Origin: a virus
Length of the DNA stretch: 64,000 nucleotides
IMG/VR virus record: IMGVR_UViG_3300032293_001706
Coordinates: 32,001 to 96,000 of that record
Strand: one strand, 5' to 3'
Shown here: positions 47,219 through 57,910 of the stretch, in pieces
Position numbering within the stretch: the stretch's first letter is position 1
Layout of the letters: the number at the start of each line of letters is the position of its first letter
Program-made: the position numbers and the translations under genes
The notes under the pieces: generated by a model
Databases searched by the model: none
What the model saw: the letters and a program-made list of their open reading frames with translations, nothing else
What the model was told of the DNA's origin: nothing

Positions 47219-48772
47219 TTAAATTTGGCTACTTTTTTCGAACACGTAATTTCCGTCAATTATTTTTGTTGAATTGTTTTTGAAAACAATAGTTGTATCG
47301 CCATTATTGAACGCAATATAATCTGTTGTATATTTTTTAGGATTACTAACACCATATATAACAACTTCGTTATATGAAAACTTCCTGATAGATGAAAAAG
47401 GTTTTATTTGTATGGTCTTTTCAACACCATTTTCAATAACAATTGCATCAACCCCTGAAATCATATCTTGTTCACTACCCAAACCACCAATTTTTTTTAC
47501 TTCATCGGTGTTAAATATTTTTTTAAGTTGAATTATTGTGTTATCTTCTCTAATATCACCCAACCTATTTGTTTGTTTTAGTTTTTCAAAAATTTCTTGA
47601 AAGGTTTTTGAAGTTTCAAGATTGAATATTCTATTTTTTAATAACTCCAAATAGTTACAAAATCTTTCAACTTCTTTTATTTGTTGTTGCTTATCTGATG
47701 GTGAAAATGAAATTTTTTCCTTATTTACGGATTTTAAATAAACATTTAAGTCGTTCATTAATATACAGAACGCACTATAGTTTGTGTTAAGTTTATTTAT
47801 AACTGACCGTCCTTTTGATTCAAAATCATATATACCTGACATTGAATTGGTTTCATATTCTCCCTTTTCTTTCCAATATTCAGGAAAAACATCTTTCAAA
47901 ATACTGTTTATGGTATGCATAAACTTATATTTTACTTCAGGGTTAGTTGAAAACAATTTATTTATTTCTTTTGTTTGTGTTGAGTTACATCCCATACTTT
48001 CTCTTGATTCACTTATAATTTGTTTGTAAGACTTTGATTCTTTTATTTCTTTTTCGGTTTTTGACAAATATAACGAATTTACGAATTCCCAGTTTATTGC
48101 GGAAAAGAAATTTTTAACATATTCATCTCTTTTGTTTTGGTATTTTAAATAATATGCATGTTCCCACAAATCTAAACCTAAAATAGGAAAACCACCGTCT
48201 TCAACAATGTTCATTAAAGGATTATCCTGATTTGGTGTTATAACAATTTTTAATTTACCACTTTTTGATATTATTAACCAACACCAACCTGAACCAAAAT
48301 TTGATGATGCTTTTTCTATAAAACTTTTCTTAAATTCGTTATAAGAACCAAAATCTTTTTTTATTCTTTCCAAGACCTCACCCTTAATGGTTTGTTTTGT
48401 TGGTGATAACATTTTCCAAAAAAGAGCGTGATTAAACGCACCACCAGCATTATTCCTAACAATTTTATTAAATCTTGAAATACTTCTTATGATTTCTTCA
48501 AGGTCCATATCAGACCTTTTAATATTTTCAATTGCTTTGTTTAACTTTTCAACGTATCCCTTATAATGTCTATTATAGTGAATATTCATTGTCTTAGGGT
48601 CAACAAATCTTAATAATGATGAATATGAATATGGTAACTTTTCGATACCAATTTTTTTCATTTCATTTAGAATTTCTTTTTGTTGGGTGTGTAATTCCTC
48701 TGAAAGATTTTCTTTACCTTCCAAAATTGTTTGAATTTCTTCAATTTCCAAATCTAACTTTTTAAGTTCCAT
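47219..48772 (-). CDS. sod: Fe/Mn superoxide dismutase fused to a C-terminal domain of unknown function (likely start 48772)
   Basis: LPYSY..L, HYNRHYKGY, NNAGGAFNHALFW, FGSGW, NQDNP, DLWEHAYYLKY; ~270 aa extra C-terminal region. Confidence 0.9.
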   Translation of the reverse strand: MELKKLDLEIEEIQTILEGKENLSEELHTQQKEILNEMKKIGIEKLPYSYSSLLRFVDPKTMNIHYNRHYKGYVEKLNKAIENIKRSDMDLEEIIRSISRFNKIVRNNAGGAFNHALFWKMLSPTKQTIKGEVLERIKKDFGSYNEFKKSFIEKASSNFGSGWCWLIISKSGKLKIVITPNQDNPLMNIVEDGGFPILGLDLWEHAYYLKYQNKRDEYVKNFFSAINWEFVNSLYLSKTEKEIKESKSYKQIISESRESMGCNSTQTKEINKLFSTNPEVKYKFMHTINSILKDVFPEYWKEKGEYETNSMSGIYDFESKGRSVINKLNTNYSAFCILMNDLNVYLKSVNKEKISFSPSDKQQQIKEVERFCNYLELLKNRIFNLETSKTFQEIFEKLKQTNRLGDIREDNTIIQLKKIFNTDEVKKIGGLGSEQDMISGVDAIVIENGVEKTIQIKPFSSIRKFSYNEVVIYGVSNPKKYTTDYIAFNNGDTTIVFKNNSTKIIDGNYVFEKSSQI

Positions 48773-48800
48773 TACTATAAATAATTGAATTATTGAAAAG

Positions 48801-51704
48801 TTATCTTTTTTGATTAATTCTATCCATAATTTCTCCAACAATTTCAGCTCTATCTAAGTTATCACCCATAACAGTTGCAATGTTTTGTTTTTTGGTATTA
48901 ACAATATCATATATTATCCCTTCAATCGCGTTCTCGAAAATTGGATAGTATACGGATACTGAATTTTTTTGACCATAACGATAAGCTCTATCTTCCGCCT
49001 GAGCCATATCACCAGGAACAAAAGAAAGGTCATTCATTATTACCGCTTCCCCAGCAGTTAATGTTATTCCAACTCCTGCGGCTTTCATATTACCAATAAA
49101 GATTTTTATCTTATCATCTGTTTGAAACCTATCTACCGCTTCTTGTCTTTGTTTTGGTGAACAAGAACCATTCAAATAAACAGAATTTTTTGAATAATGA
49201 TTATGAAGAGATTCTAATGTTTCTGTAAAATTGGTGAAAACAATAACTTTTTTATCCTGTTCGATAATATTATCAATTAATTCTATCGTTGAATTGATTT
49301 TTTCTTTTGCAATTACTTGTCTTACTTTTGTAAGTTTTGTGAACTGAACGGTTAGTGATGAACTTTCATCGGGGTTTTTATCATACCAATCATAATATTC
49401 TCCCATTAAACTTTCATATTCTTTAGATTTTAATCTTAGGTAAACTGGTGTTATTATTTTTTCAGGAAGGTCCAAGATATCCGTTTTTAATCTTCGTAAT
49501 ACTTGTCTTGACGTTCTATCTCTTAATTCCTCAAGGTTAGATGCTCCAGTGACATTCCATATTTTTCTATTACCAACTTTAAACTGATAACCATCACAAT
49601 ACCTTTTTACATATGCCATCCAATTTGATGCTACGGGTGATTCCACCAAATTTAAAAGATTATAATAGTTAATTGGTCTTGATGTCATTGGAGTTCCTGT
49701 TAATAACCAAAGTCTATCAACATCTTTCACAAAACTATTAATTAATTTGGTTCTCTTTGCCAAACTATTCTGTACATAGTGAGCCTCATCAATAATTATT
49801 AAATCAAAATTACTTTTTAATATTAAGGATTCTTGATTTTTTTCCGTACTGTGGAAGTTTTTAACTATGTCGTAATTCATAATTACAAAATCCGCATCTT
49901 CATATTTTTTACCTTCACAAATATATACTGACCTATCACTATAGTTTTGAATTTCCCTTTGCCAATTAATCTTTAAAGATGCGGGACATATAATTAAAAT
50001 TTTCTTTGCTCCTGTTTCTAATGCCGCAACAATTGTTGAAGTTGTATTATGAGTTACAATACAATGTTCTGTAACGTATAACTTATCAGGAGAGTCAACT
50101 GAAATACAAACCGCATCCCCTCTACCTTCGAGTTGTATATCTTTAATATACCTTCCAACTTTGTATTTATTAGGGGAGTTATATAATTTACACTTTCGTT
50201 CAAGTTTGAATGGGTTCATACCACTAGGTAATTTTATATTAACCCTATAGGATTTTTTACCCTTTTTTTTAACTCCATTATGAGTATAATTTGTTATTCT
50301 ATCTTTTTTTCTAGCAATCCCCCCTAAACTATGAACAATTTCAATTACGTCATCACATAGTTTTTCAGATGTTGTGCTAAATTCAGTTCCTCTGAACTCA
50401 CCATTTTTACTAACATAACAAGTCCCATCAGTATCCATTAAACCTTTTAAAAGTTCTAATCTATCATTAATTGAAGAATATTTATACGCATCAGGAATAA
50501 ATTTATTATATGAACCACAACCCATTAAATTTAATTTTTTCAAAATTTGTATTACTGGATTAGTAAGTCCTGCTTCTTTTATAATTTTATACCCATATTT
50601 TGAATTTACTTTTTCAATTATCCGTGAATTTTCAGGTAAAACTTGTTTTATATAATTAATAATTTCATAATCTTTAGTTGTAAAAGAAATACTTTTTTGA
50701 GTTATACCACCATCTCCTAAGATTAACCCCAACAAGTAAGGATTTAACTCTAATTCACGTGACACAAACTCAATCGGTTTAACCATTGGTATTTGCCATT
50801 TGTTATTACCACCTTTATTTTTAAAATAAGTTTTAAATTTATATTTTCTATTATTGTTATTTTTTTCACCTAATACTTCTAAGGCTAACTCTTTATCTAG
50901 CATATCGCCTACGGATAATACAATCTCTTTTTTTCTACGAGAGTTATTAGTGTTAATCCCAAAACTGTTTGACATGACCGAAAATAAATGTTCTTTACAG
51001 ACTAAAATAGAAACCCCATCATTGAATGATACTCTGTATAAATCTTTAACCCCTTGTGGGTAAACACCTAAAACTTTACACTTTTTACCATTACTACCAA
51101 TAACTTCATCACCAATTTTTAAATCACCAATTTTTTTTCTACCGTATGGGGTAAATACCATATTTTCAACAAACTCGGCTTTTCCAGCACCCATATCGTC
51201 TGCCAAAATAAATCTTTTGGTTCTTACTAAACGATTAACCGCTTCTATTTGATGTTTTAATGGAGGTCTATGGGAATACTTTGAAAAATCAATTTCTTTG
51301 TAATACTCTTCAGGGTTTTTAATAATCGCAACTTTTGGAATCCAAATATCCGTCAAAGGTTCACTTTCAAAAAATTTACCCCATATATGATAAGATTTTT
51401 CTTTTTCAACCAATAATTTTTCAACCCAAATTTTGTTAGGAGGATTGGTATATAATTTTTCATTTGCAATTTTTTCTGAAAAATATGAATCCAATTCAAC
51501 CCACTTCTTTGCAATTTTTGGTGTTATATTATGAAAGTTTATTATATACTCTGATTGACTTCTTGTTATTTCTTTACTCTTATTAGGTCCGAAAAGTGAT
51601 TTTAATCTTAATATATAGTTATTTGCACCATTATAACTCTCTAAAATTTTAAGAGCTTTTTTTTCAAAAACATTTATAGACGACGATTCGATGTTGTCTG
51701 ACAT
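48801..51704 (-). CDS. SNF2-family helicase containing an intein
   Basis: LADDMGAGK/T Walker A split by the intein, IIDEAH, LLTGTP, GVGITLT, QAEDRAYRYGQ. Confidence 0.92.
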   Translation of the reverse strand: MSDNIESSSINVFEKKALKILESYNGANNYILRLKSLFGPNKSKEITRSQSEYIINFHNITPKIAKKWVELDSYFSEKIANEKLYTNPPNKIWVEKLLVEKEKSYHIWGKFFESEPLTDIWIPKVAIIKNPEEYYKEIDFSKYSHRPPLKHQIEAVNRLVRTKRFILADDMGAGKAEFVENMVFTPYGRKKIGDLKIGDEVIGSNGKKCKVLGVYPQGVKDLYRVSFNDGVSILVCKEHLFSVMSNSFGINTNNSRRKKEIVLSVGDMLDKELALEVLGEKNNNNRKYKFKTYFKNKGGNNKWQIPMVKPIEFVSRELELNPYLLGLILGDGGITQKSISFTTKDYEIINYIKQVLPENSRIIEKVNSKYGYKIIKEAGLTNPVIQILKKLNLMGCGSYNKFIPDAYKYSSINDRLELLKGLMDTDGTCYVSKNGEFRGTEFSTTSEKLCDDVIEIVHSLGGIARKKDRITNYTHNGVKKKGKKSYRVNIKLPSGMNPFKLERKCKLYNSPNKYKVGRYIKDIQLEGRGDAVCISVDSPDKLYVTEHCIVTHNTTSTIVAALETGAKKILIICPASLKINWQREIQNYSDRSVYICEGKKYEDADFVIMNYDIVKNFHSTEKNQESLILKSNFDLIIIDEAHYVQNSLAKRTKLINSFVKDVDRLWLLTGTPMTSRPINYYNLLNLVESPVASNWMAYVKRYCDGYQFKVGNRKIWNVTGASNLEELRDRTSRQVLRRLKTDILDLPEKIITPVYLRLKSKEYESLMGEYYDWYDKNPDESSSLTVQFTKLTKVRQVIAKEKINSTIELIDNIIEQDKKVIVFTNFTETLESLHNHYSKNSVYLNGSCSPKQRQEAVDRFQTDDKIKIFIGNMKAAGVGITLTAGEAVIMNDLSFVPGDMAQAEDRAYRYGQKNSVSVYYPIFENAIEGIIYDIVNTKKQNIATVMGDNLDRAEIVGEIMDRINQKR
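50046..51179 (-). mobile_element. Ala1 (class 3-like) intein with LAGLIDADG endonuclease, 378 aa
   Basis: Starts AEFVENMVFTP.G, ends AVCISVD..LYVT..IVTHN followed by Thr+1; LLGLILGDG and LLKGLMDTDG motifs. Confidence 0.9.
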
Positions 51705-51747
51705 AAATCAATATTAAAAATAATAAATAATAAAGTATTTATCAATA

Positions 51748-52260
51748 ATGGCAAATAAAGTTCCAATTACAAGAATATCAAAATTTTTTGGTGAAAAAGA
51801 TTTTCAACTCAATTTATCAATGGGTGAAGAATGGTTATTGGGTGATATGAATTTTACAGTTGTTTTATATCGTGTTGATAGGTCTAAAACAAATCAGGAT
51901 GATGTTTATGGGGAAGCACTCACAAACTCAATAAGTTTTTTACCCCCTGTTGAGGTTAAAGGTTATCTTAAAATAGAAGCCCCCACACAACCTGAATTTG
52001 GTTCTTCAAGATTAACACAAACCGAACCAGGGAATATGACATTTAGTGTTTATCTACATCATTTAGAGGAGTTAGGTATTCAAATACAATATGGTGATTA
52101 TATCGGGTATGCGGAAACAGAAAGTAGAATGAGGTATTATACTGTTGCGGATGATTCAAGGATTATTTCAGATAATAAACACACTTATGGTGGTTACAAA
52201 CCTTTTTATAGAACATTTATTTGTACACCTGTTAGTGAAGATGAATTTAAAGGTATATAA
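51748..52260 (+). CDS. Neck/head completion protein (gp14-like)
   Basis: DDVYGE..F.PPVE, LEELG..I.YGDYI pattern; upstream of the tail completion and sheath genes. Confidence 0.62.
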   Translation: MANKVPITRISKFFGEKDFQLNLSMGEEWLLGDMNFTVVLYRVDRSKTNQDDVYGEALTNSISFLPPVEVKGYLKIEAPTQPEFGSSRLTQTEPGNMTFSVYLHHLEELGIQIQYGDYIGYAETESRMRYYTVADDSRIISDNKHTYGGYKPFYRTFICTPVSEDEFKGI

Positions 52261-53300
52261 TGGCACTTCCGAAAAAAATAGTTAAAAATATTTCTTTAAC
52301 ACCAAAAAAAATATTGGGTGAAAGAAGAGAAGAATTATTAGAAATGATTCAAAAAGATGGTACTTTTCTACCGAAAGGAATTTATCATGCCGATTTGGAT
52401 AGGGGAATGTTGGATTTTGTTAAAAATGATTTAGGGATATCGGTTGACGGAAAAAAAATAAATACAGTTGATGTTATCATCACAACACAAAATTGGGCTC
52501 AATTTACACAAACTTGGAATTTTCAAGATTTGGATACCAATATTTCACCCCCATTTATTGCAACCGTAAGAAAACCTGAAACACCATATGGTACAAATCA
52601 AGGAACTACCTTTAAAATACCCGGTAGACCAACTTTTCAATATGCGTTGGTTCCAACGTTTGACGGTGTAAGAAATGGTTATGATGTTTATAAAATACCT
52701 CAACCGACACCTGTTGATATTACTTATGAAATTAAAATTTTCACAAACAGGATGAGAGAACTAAACAAGTTCAATAAAAAAGTATTGGAAGCGTTTGGCT
52801 CAAAACAATTCTATAAAAATATTAATGGTAGGTATATTCCAATTTTATTGGATACAATAACAGATGCATCAGTTAATGACTTAAATAAAAGAAGATATTA
52901 TATACAATCATATTCAATGAAAATGTTAGGTGTTTTATTAGATGAAGAACAATTTGAAAGAACTCCCGCAGTTTCAAGAGTCCTTCAAATTATGGACGTT
53001 GGTGTAAAAACCAAACAAAGAAAAGCTGAAGCACCAAACCCTAATGAAAATACTGTTGATGGTCTTTATCAATTTATTAGCGGTAACACACAATTAACCG
53101 ATACTTTGTATTATAATTTTGATTATTATTTCATTAAATCAGATAATGTTAATTCATATAATGTCTATATTAATAACAATTTTATAGGACAAGATGTAAG
53201 TTATTTTCAAGTAAATACAAATGATGTGTTAAGGGTTGAAATATCATTTGATGATGTGACAAAAAATGGTTCTATTTTATTTGAGAAAAAACTAGTCTAA
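52260..53300 (+). CDS. Tail completion/terminator protein (gp15-like)
   Basis: IPQPTPVDITYEI.I.T..M..LN pattern; position before the sheath. Confidence 0.62.
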   Translation: MALPKKIVKNISLTPKKILGERREELLEMIQKDGTFLPKGIYHADLDRGMLDFVKNDLGISVDGKKINTVDVIITTQNWAQFTQTWNFQDLDTNISPPFIATVRKPETPYGTNQGTTFKIPGRPTFQYALVPTFDGVRNGYDVYKIPQPTPVDITYEIKIFTNRMRELNKFNKKVLEAFGSKQFYKNINGRYIPILLDTITDASVNDLNKRRYYIQSYSMKMLGVLLDEEQFERTPAVSRVLQIMDVGVKTKQRKAEAPNPNENTVDGLYQFISGNTQLTDTLYYNFDYYFIKSDNVNSYNVYINNNFIGQDVSYFQVNTNDVLRVEISFDDVTKNGSILFEKKLV

Positions 53301-53462
53301 AGGTTCTCCGTATATGTCTTTTTTTTCCTGACAATTATTTTTAATTAAACTCTCCAAAAACCCATAAATTTTATAACCTTTTTTGTTACAATATTCTTTT
53401 AAGAGTTTATGTGACTCTACGGATATTTTGATGTTTTTTATTTTCTTGGGTGTTTTTTCCAT
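53292..53462 (-). CDS. Small ribbon-helix-helix-like DNA-binding protein (56 aa, not in ORF track)
   Basis: Hand translation MEKTPKKIKNIKISVESHKLLKEYCNKKGYKIYGFLESLIKNNCQEKKDIYGEPLD*; TATTTAT at 53500-53508. Confidence 0.6.
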   Translation of the reverse strand: MEKTPKKIKNIKISVESHKLLKEYCNKKGYKIYGFLESLIKNNCQEKKDIYGEPLD

Positions 53463-53581
53463 AAAGGTAGAAAAAAGGCAGAATTTAATCTTACTGAATT
53501 ATAAATATAATGAATAATACAAGTTTTTTGCTAAAGTTAACAATATTTATGTAAAAATAAATTTTACAAAAACAAAAAATA

Positions 53582-56500
53582 ATGGCAACAAGCAATAAAG
53601 TTTTCGTTTCACCTGGAGTATATACTTCAGAACGTGATTTATCTTTTGTGGCACAAAGTGTGGGTGTTACAACATTAGGTATCGTAGGAGAAACTTTGAA
53701 AGGTCCAGCATTTGAACCAATCTTTATCACAAGTTTCGATGAATTTCAAGCGGTTTTCGGAGGTACACTTCCTGAAAAATTCGTAAACACACAAATCCCT
53801 AAATATGAAGCGGCATACATTGCAAAATCATATTTACAACAATCAAATCAACTTTTTGTTACAAGAGTTTTAGGTTTGTCAGGTTATGACGCAGGACCTT
53901 CTTGGTCAATCACGTCTGTGGCAAACGTAAATGGTTCTACAGTAATTCAAAACGCAACACCTTCAAGTGTTGTCGTTACATTCACAGGTAGTACAGGTTC
54001 AACTTCAGTATCTTTTGGTTCATTTGCGTCAACTGTATTTGCAAATGATGTAAATACAACACAATCATTAACTGATGGAACCACAACAACTATTAAAAAT
54101 CAGTTGGATAGTTTTGTAAATTCAGTAATGAATACAAACTCAACAAGTGCAACAACAGCGTATGTATTTGGAACATTAGGTGACACTGTTTATAATACCT
54201 TGACAGGTGCTGGTTATACAGGTCTTACAAATGTTTATAACGTACCATCTTTAAAAAATTCATTAACATCATATTCAAGTAGGGATAACGATGCTTGGTA
54301 TTACTCACAATTTAATATTAGTTCAGGTAATAACTATAGTGGTTATTCATTTAGTGTTGCGGTAACATCACTATCAGGAACCGCATTTGGAACCGCAGGA
54401 CAATTTTCAGGTTCTGTAACAATTTCCGCATCAACATTACTTGGAACTGCTTATACCGATTGGAATAATGTTGTGTTAGCAACTCTTCGTTCAAGAGGTA
54501 TCGCACCATATGATAATTCAACAAATCCTGATTATCAGGTAACAGGAACTACAGATGTTATTATTGATTTAAGTGGAGTATATTCAGGTACAAGTAAAAC
54601 ACCTTTTGGTTCATTTGCAATTTCGGGTGTAACATACGAAGGTAATACATTTAATTTCAAAACATCCCTTGATTCAACAGACCCAAATTATATTTCAAAA
54701 GTATTTGGTTTATCTAATTTCGGAAAAGATAGAAATGATGTTCCATTGTTTGTTGAAGAAAGTTTCAGCAATATGTTGACCTATGGTTATCAAATGGGTT
54801 ACGTTAAGTCTATTGGTAGTACATTAAAAGGATTACCATCAGCACAAGACGATAACGGAACAAACACATCAATAGGTTGGTATTTGGAACAATATCAAAC
54901 ACCTGAAACACCTTACTTAGTTTCTGAATTAAGAGGTAACACAGTTTATGATTTGTTTAAATTTATATCAATTTCTGATGGTAACGCAGCAAATGCTGAA
55001 ATTAAAATTTCAATATTAAACATTTCATTTACAAATGGAACATTTGATGTTGGTGTTCGTGATTTTAATGATACAGACCAAAATCCTGTATTCATTGAAA
55101 AGTTCACAAATTGTTCAATGAACCCAAGTAATAATAACTTTATCGGTGTGAAGATTGGAACAAGTGATGGTGAATACGTACAACGTTCAAAATTCATAAT
55201 GGTTGAATTAAACCCTGAAGCTCCGATAGATGCACTTCCTTGTGGTTTTAGAGGTTATCCTTTAAGAACATATAACGGTGTTACATCAGCATTTCCAATC
55301 TACAAAACACAATATGAAACAGCAGGTGATAATACTTTTTATCCTCCTTTTGGTTCACAACAGGTAAGTTCAGGTGATAAAGTTAACAGAACTTATTTGG
55401 GTATTTCAAATACTGTTGGTATTGACCAAGAATATTTCAACTATAAAGGAAAACAAAACCCTACAAATATTGCAACGGCAACAAGTTCAAATCCTTGGAA
55501 TTTTATATCAAAAGGATATCACTTAGATTCAGGAGCAACAGTTGTAACAATTCCTTCAACTTATTCTACTTCAGGTACATCAGCATTTGAAGTTGGTGAT
55601 GCGTCCTTTAGTTCAGAACCAACAGATTCAACAAGTCCATACTACAGATTAAACGCAAGGAAATTCACTTTGGTTCCTGCGGGTGGTTTTGATGGCTGGG
55701 ATATTTACAGAGAATACAGAACAAATGGTGATAATTTCATCATTGGAGGTTCAGGATTCTTGAAAGGTTTTGCACCAACATCACAATTCCCTACCGCAAC
55801 TGGTTGGGGAGCGTTTAAGAAGATTACTGTTGACGGTAATTCAAATGATTGGGCTAACACCGATTATTATGCATACTTAAAAGGTCAGAAGACTTTCGCA
55901 AATCCTGAAGCGGTTAACATTAATATTTTTGTTACTCCGGGTATTGATTTTGTTAATAACTCAAACCTTGTTGAAGACGCAATTGATATGATTGAAAATG
56001 ATAGAGCGGATTCACTTTATATTACAACTTGTCCTGATTATAATATGTTTGTATCAAATACAACATCATCAGAAAACTTGATTTACCCTCAAGAAGCGGT
56101 TGATAATTTGGAAACAACAGGAATCGACTCTAACTACACCGCAACTTATTATCCTTGGGTATTGACAAGAGACACTGTAAATAATACACAGATTTATCTT
56201 CCTCCAACCGCTGAAGTTTGTAGAAACTTGGCGTTGACCGATAACATCGCGTTCCCTTGGTTCGCATCTGCGGGTTACACAAGAGGTATTGTAAATGCGG
56301 TTAAAGCAAGAAAGAAACTAACACAAGAAGACAGAGATACCCTTTATCAAGGTCATATTAATCCAATTGCGACATTCTCTGATGTTGGAACAGTAATTTG
56401 GGGTAATAAAACAACACAAATTGCTGAATCCGCTCTTGACAGAATCAACGTAAGAAGATTGTTATTACAAGCTCGTAAGTTGATTTCAGCAGTCGCAGTT

Positions 56501-56749
56501 AGATTGTTGTTTGAACAAAATGACGACAAGGTAAGACAAGACTTCTTGGATTCTGTGAACCCAATCTTGGATTCAATTAGAAGAGACAGAGGTTTAATTG
56601 ACTTCAGAGTTGTAGTAACAAATACACCTGAAGATTTAGATAGAAACCAAATGACTGGTAAGATTTATCTAAAACCAACCAAAGCTCTTGAATTCATTGA
56701 TATTGAGTTCTTAATTACACCATCAGGTGCATCATTTGAGAATATCTAA
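53582..56749 (+). CDS. gp18: Tail sheath protein (gp18-like)
   Basis: FVSPGVYTSERD, GET.KGP, YYPWV, PWFASAG..RG, INPIATF, WGNKT, RINVRRLL, IYLKPTKALEFI. Confidence 0.95.
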   Translation: MATSNKVFVSPGVYTSERDLSFVAQSVGVTTLGIVGETLKGPAFEPIFITSFDEFQAVFGGTLPEKFVNTQIPKYEAAYIAKSYLQQSNQLFVTRVLGLSGYDAGPSWSITSVANVNGSTVIQNATPSSVVVTFTGSTGSTSVSFGSFASTVFANDVNTTQSLTDGTTTTIKNQLDSFVNSVMNTNSTSATTAYVFGTLGDTVYNTLTGAGYTGLTNVYNVPSLKNSLTSYSSRDNDAWYYSQFNISSGNNYSGYSFSVAVTSLSGTAFGTAGQFSGSVTISASTLLGTAYTDWNNVVLATLRSRGIAPYDNSTNPDYQVTGTTDVIIDLSGVYSGTSKTPFGSFAISGVTYEGNTFNFKTSLDSTDPNYISKVFGLSNFGKDRNDVPLFVEESFSNMLTYGYQMGYVKSIGSTLKGLPSAQDDNGTNTSIGWYLEQYQTPETPYLVSELRGNTVYDLFKFISISDGNAANAEIKISILNISFTNGTFDVGVRDFNDTDQNPVFIEKFTNCSMNPSNNNFIGVKIGTSDGEYVQRSKFIMVELNPEAPIDALPCGFRGYPLRTYNGVTSAFPIYKTQYETAGDNTFYPPFGSQQVSSGDKVNRTYLGISNTVGIDQEYFNYKGKQNPTNIATATSSNPWNFISKGYHLDSGATVVTIPSTYSTSGTSAFEVGDASFSSEPTDSTSPYYRLNARKFTLVPAGGFDGWDIYREYRTNGDNFIIGGSGFLKGFAPTSQFPTATGWGAFKKITVDGNSNDWANTDYYAYLKGQKTFANPEAVNINIFVTPGIDFVNNSNLVEDAIDMIENDRADSLYITTCPDYNMFVSNTTSSENLIYPQEAVDNLETTGIDSNYTATYYPWVLTRDTVNNTQIYLPPTAEVCRNLALTDNIAFPWFASAGYTRGIVNAVKARKKLTQEDRDTLYQGHINPIATFSDVGTVIWGNKTTQIAESALDRINVRRLLLQARKLISAVAVRLLFEQNDDKVRQDFLDSVNPILDSIRRDRGLIDFRVVVTNTPEDLDRNQMTGKIYLKPTKALEFIDIEFLITPSGASFENI

Positions 56750-56760
56750 TAAACATTATT

Positions 56761-56790
56761 ATGGGGTGGGGAAAAAATAACCCACCCCAT
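56761..56790. terminator. GC-rich hairpin after the sheath gene
   Basis: ATGGGGTGGG-gaaaaaataa-CCCACCCCAT; lacks a clean U-tract and abuts ATATTTATA. Confidence 0.55.
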
Positions 56791-56813
56791 ATATTTATAA
56801 TTAAAATACAACT

Positions 56814-56957
56814 ATGAAATTCACAAAAAAAGTATTGTTTGAAAATATGGAAGTTAAGACCAATGGTTTAAAAACTTATTCTGAAAAACCTCAGTCTATA
56901 ATTGTTAGTGAATCACAATTAGAAAGAGTAATTCAAAAAATTTTAAATAAAAAATGA
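56814..56957 (+). CDS. Small protein (47 aa, not in ORF track)
   Basis: MKFTKKVLFENMEVKTNGLKTYSEKPQSIIVSESQLERVIQKILNKK*; stop overlaps the next ATG (ATGA). Confidence 0.65.
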   Translation: MKFTKKVLFENMEVKTNGLKTYSEKPQSIIVSESQLERVIQKILNKK

Positions 56958-57805
56958 ATTATAAAAAACTAATTAGACGTACCCTACATAAATTGTCTGA
57001 AGGATTTGACCCTAGTGGTCTTCCTGACCATAAATACTATGCTTTTGATTGGGATGATAACGTAATGAACATGCCAACAAAAATCATAGTATTAGATGAA
57101 GATGGTAATGAAGTTGGTATTTCTACTGATGATTTTACCGAACATAGACATCAGATAGGTAAAGAACCTTTTGTATATAATGGTAAAACTATTATATCAT
57201 ACGCCGAAAGACCATTTAGAAATTTCAGAGATGAAGGAGAAGCTCAATTCTTGGAAGATATCATGTCAGCAGGATTCGGACCTTCTTGGAACGACTTTGT
57301 TGAATGTATAAATGGGGGTTCAATTTTTGCAATTATTACAGCACGTGGACACAACCCTGAAATCCTTAAAGAAGCGGTATATAAACTCATTAAAAACAAT
57401 ATTGGTGGGTTAGATGAGGAAAAGGTTGTTGAGTCGTTAAAAATGTATCATGAGTTAACTGATAAAGAAATTAAAGATGATGATACAATGATTAGAGAAT
57501 ATTTGGACATGTGTAGGTTTCATCCTGTTTCATTTGGTACAGGTGCGGAAGCAAATCCTGAAGAAGGAAAAGTTAATGCATTAAGAGAATTTATAGGTTA
57601 TGTAAAACAAGTTTCAAGAGAAATTGGTGGAAGAACCTTATTTAAAAATGACGTTACAAATAATTTTATCATCCCTAAAATTGGTTTTTCAGATGATGAT
57701 GAAAAAAATATTGAAAAAATTAAAGATTTCTTAAATAAAGAATTTGGCCTAGAAGCTCCAGTACAGACATATTTAACTAAATCAAATATTAAAAGAAAAT
57801 ATTAA
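56954..57805 (+). CDS. HAD-superfamily hydrolase-like protein
   Basis: AFDWDDN (motif I), IITARGH (motif II), GFSDDD (motif IV). Confidence 0.62.
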   Translation: MNYKKLIRRTLHKLSEGFDPSGLPDHKYYAFDWDDNVMNMPTKIIVLDEDGNEVGISTDDFTEHRHQIGKEPFVYNGKTIISYAERPFRNFRDEGEAQFLEDIMSAGFGPSWNDFVECINGGSIFAIITARGHNPEILKEAVYKLIKNNIGGLDEEKVVESLKMYHELTDKEIKDDDTMIREYLDMCRFHPVSFGTGAEANPEEGKVNALREFIGYVKQVSREIGGRTLFKNDVTNNFIIPKIGFSDDDEKNIEKIKDFLNKEFGLEAPVQTYLTKSNIKRKY

Positions 57806-57910
57806 TAATAATTAAAACCAGATTACCTAGGCAATTATATATGAAAAAAACTAAATAGTAAATATTTATATAGAAAATAAACTAAAGAAAACAAAATAAT
57901 GAAATAAAAT

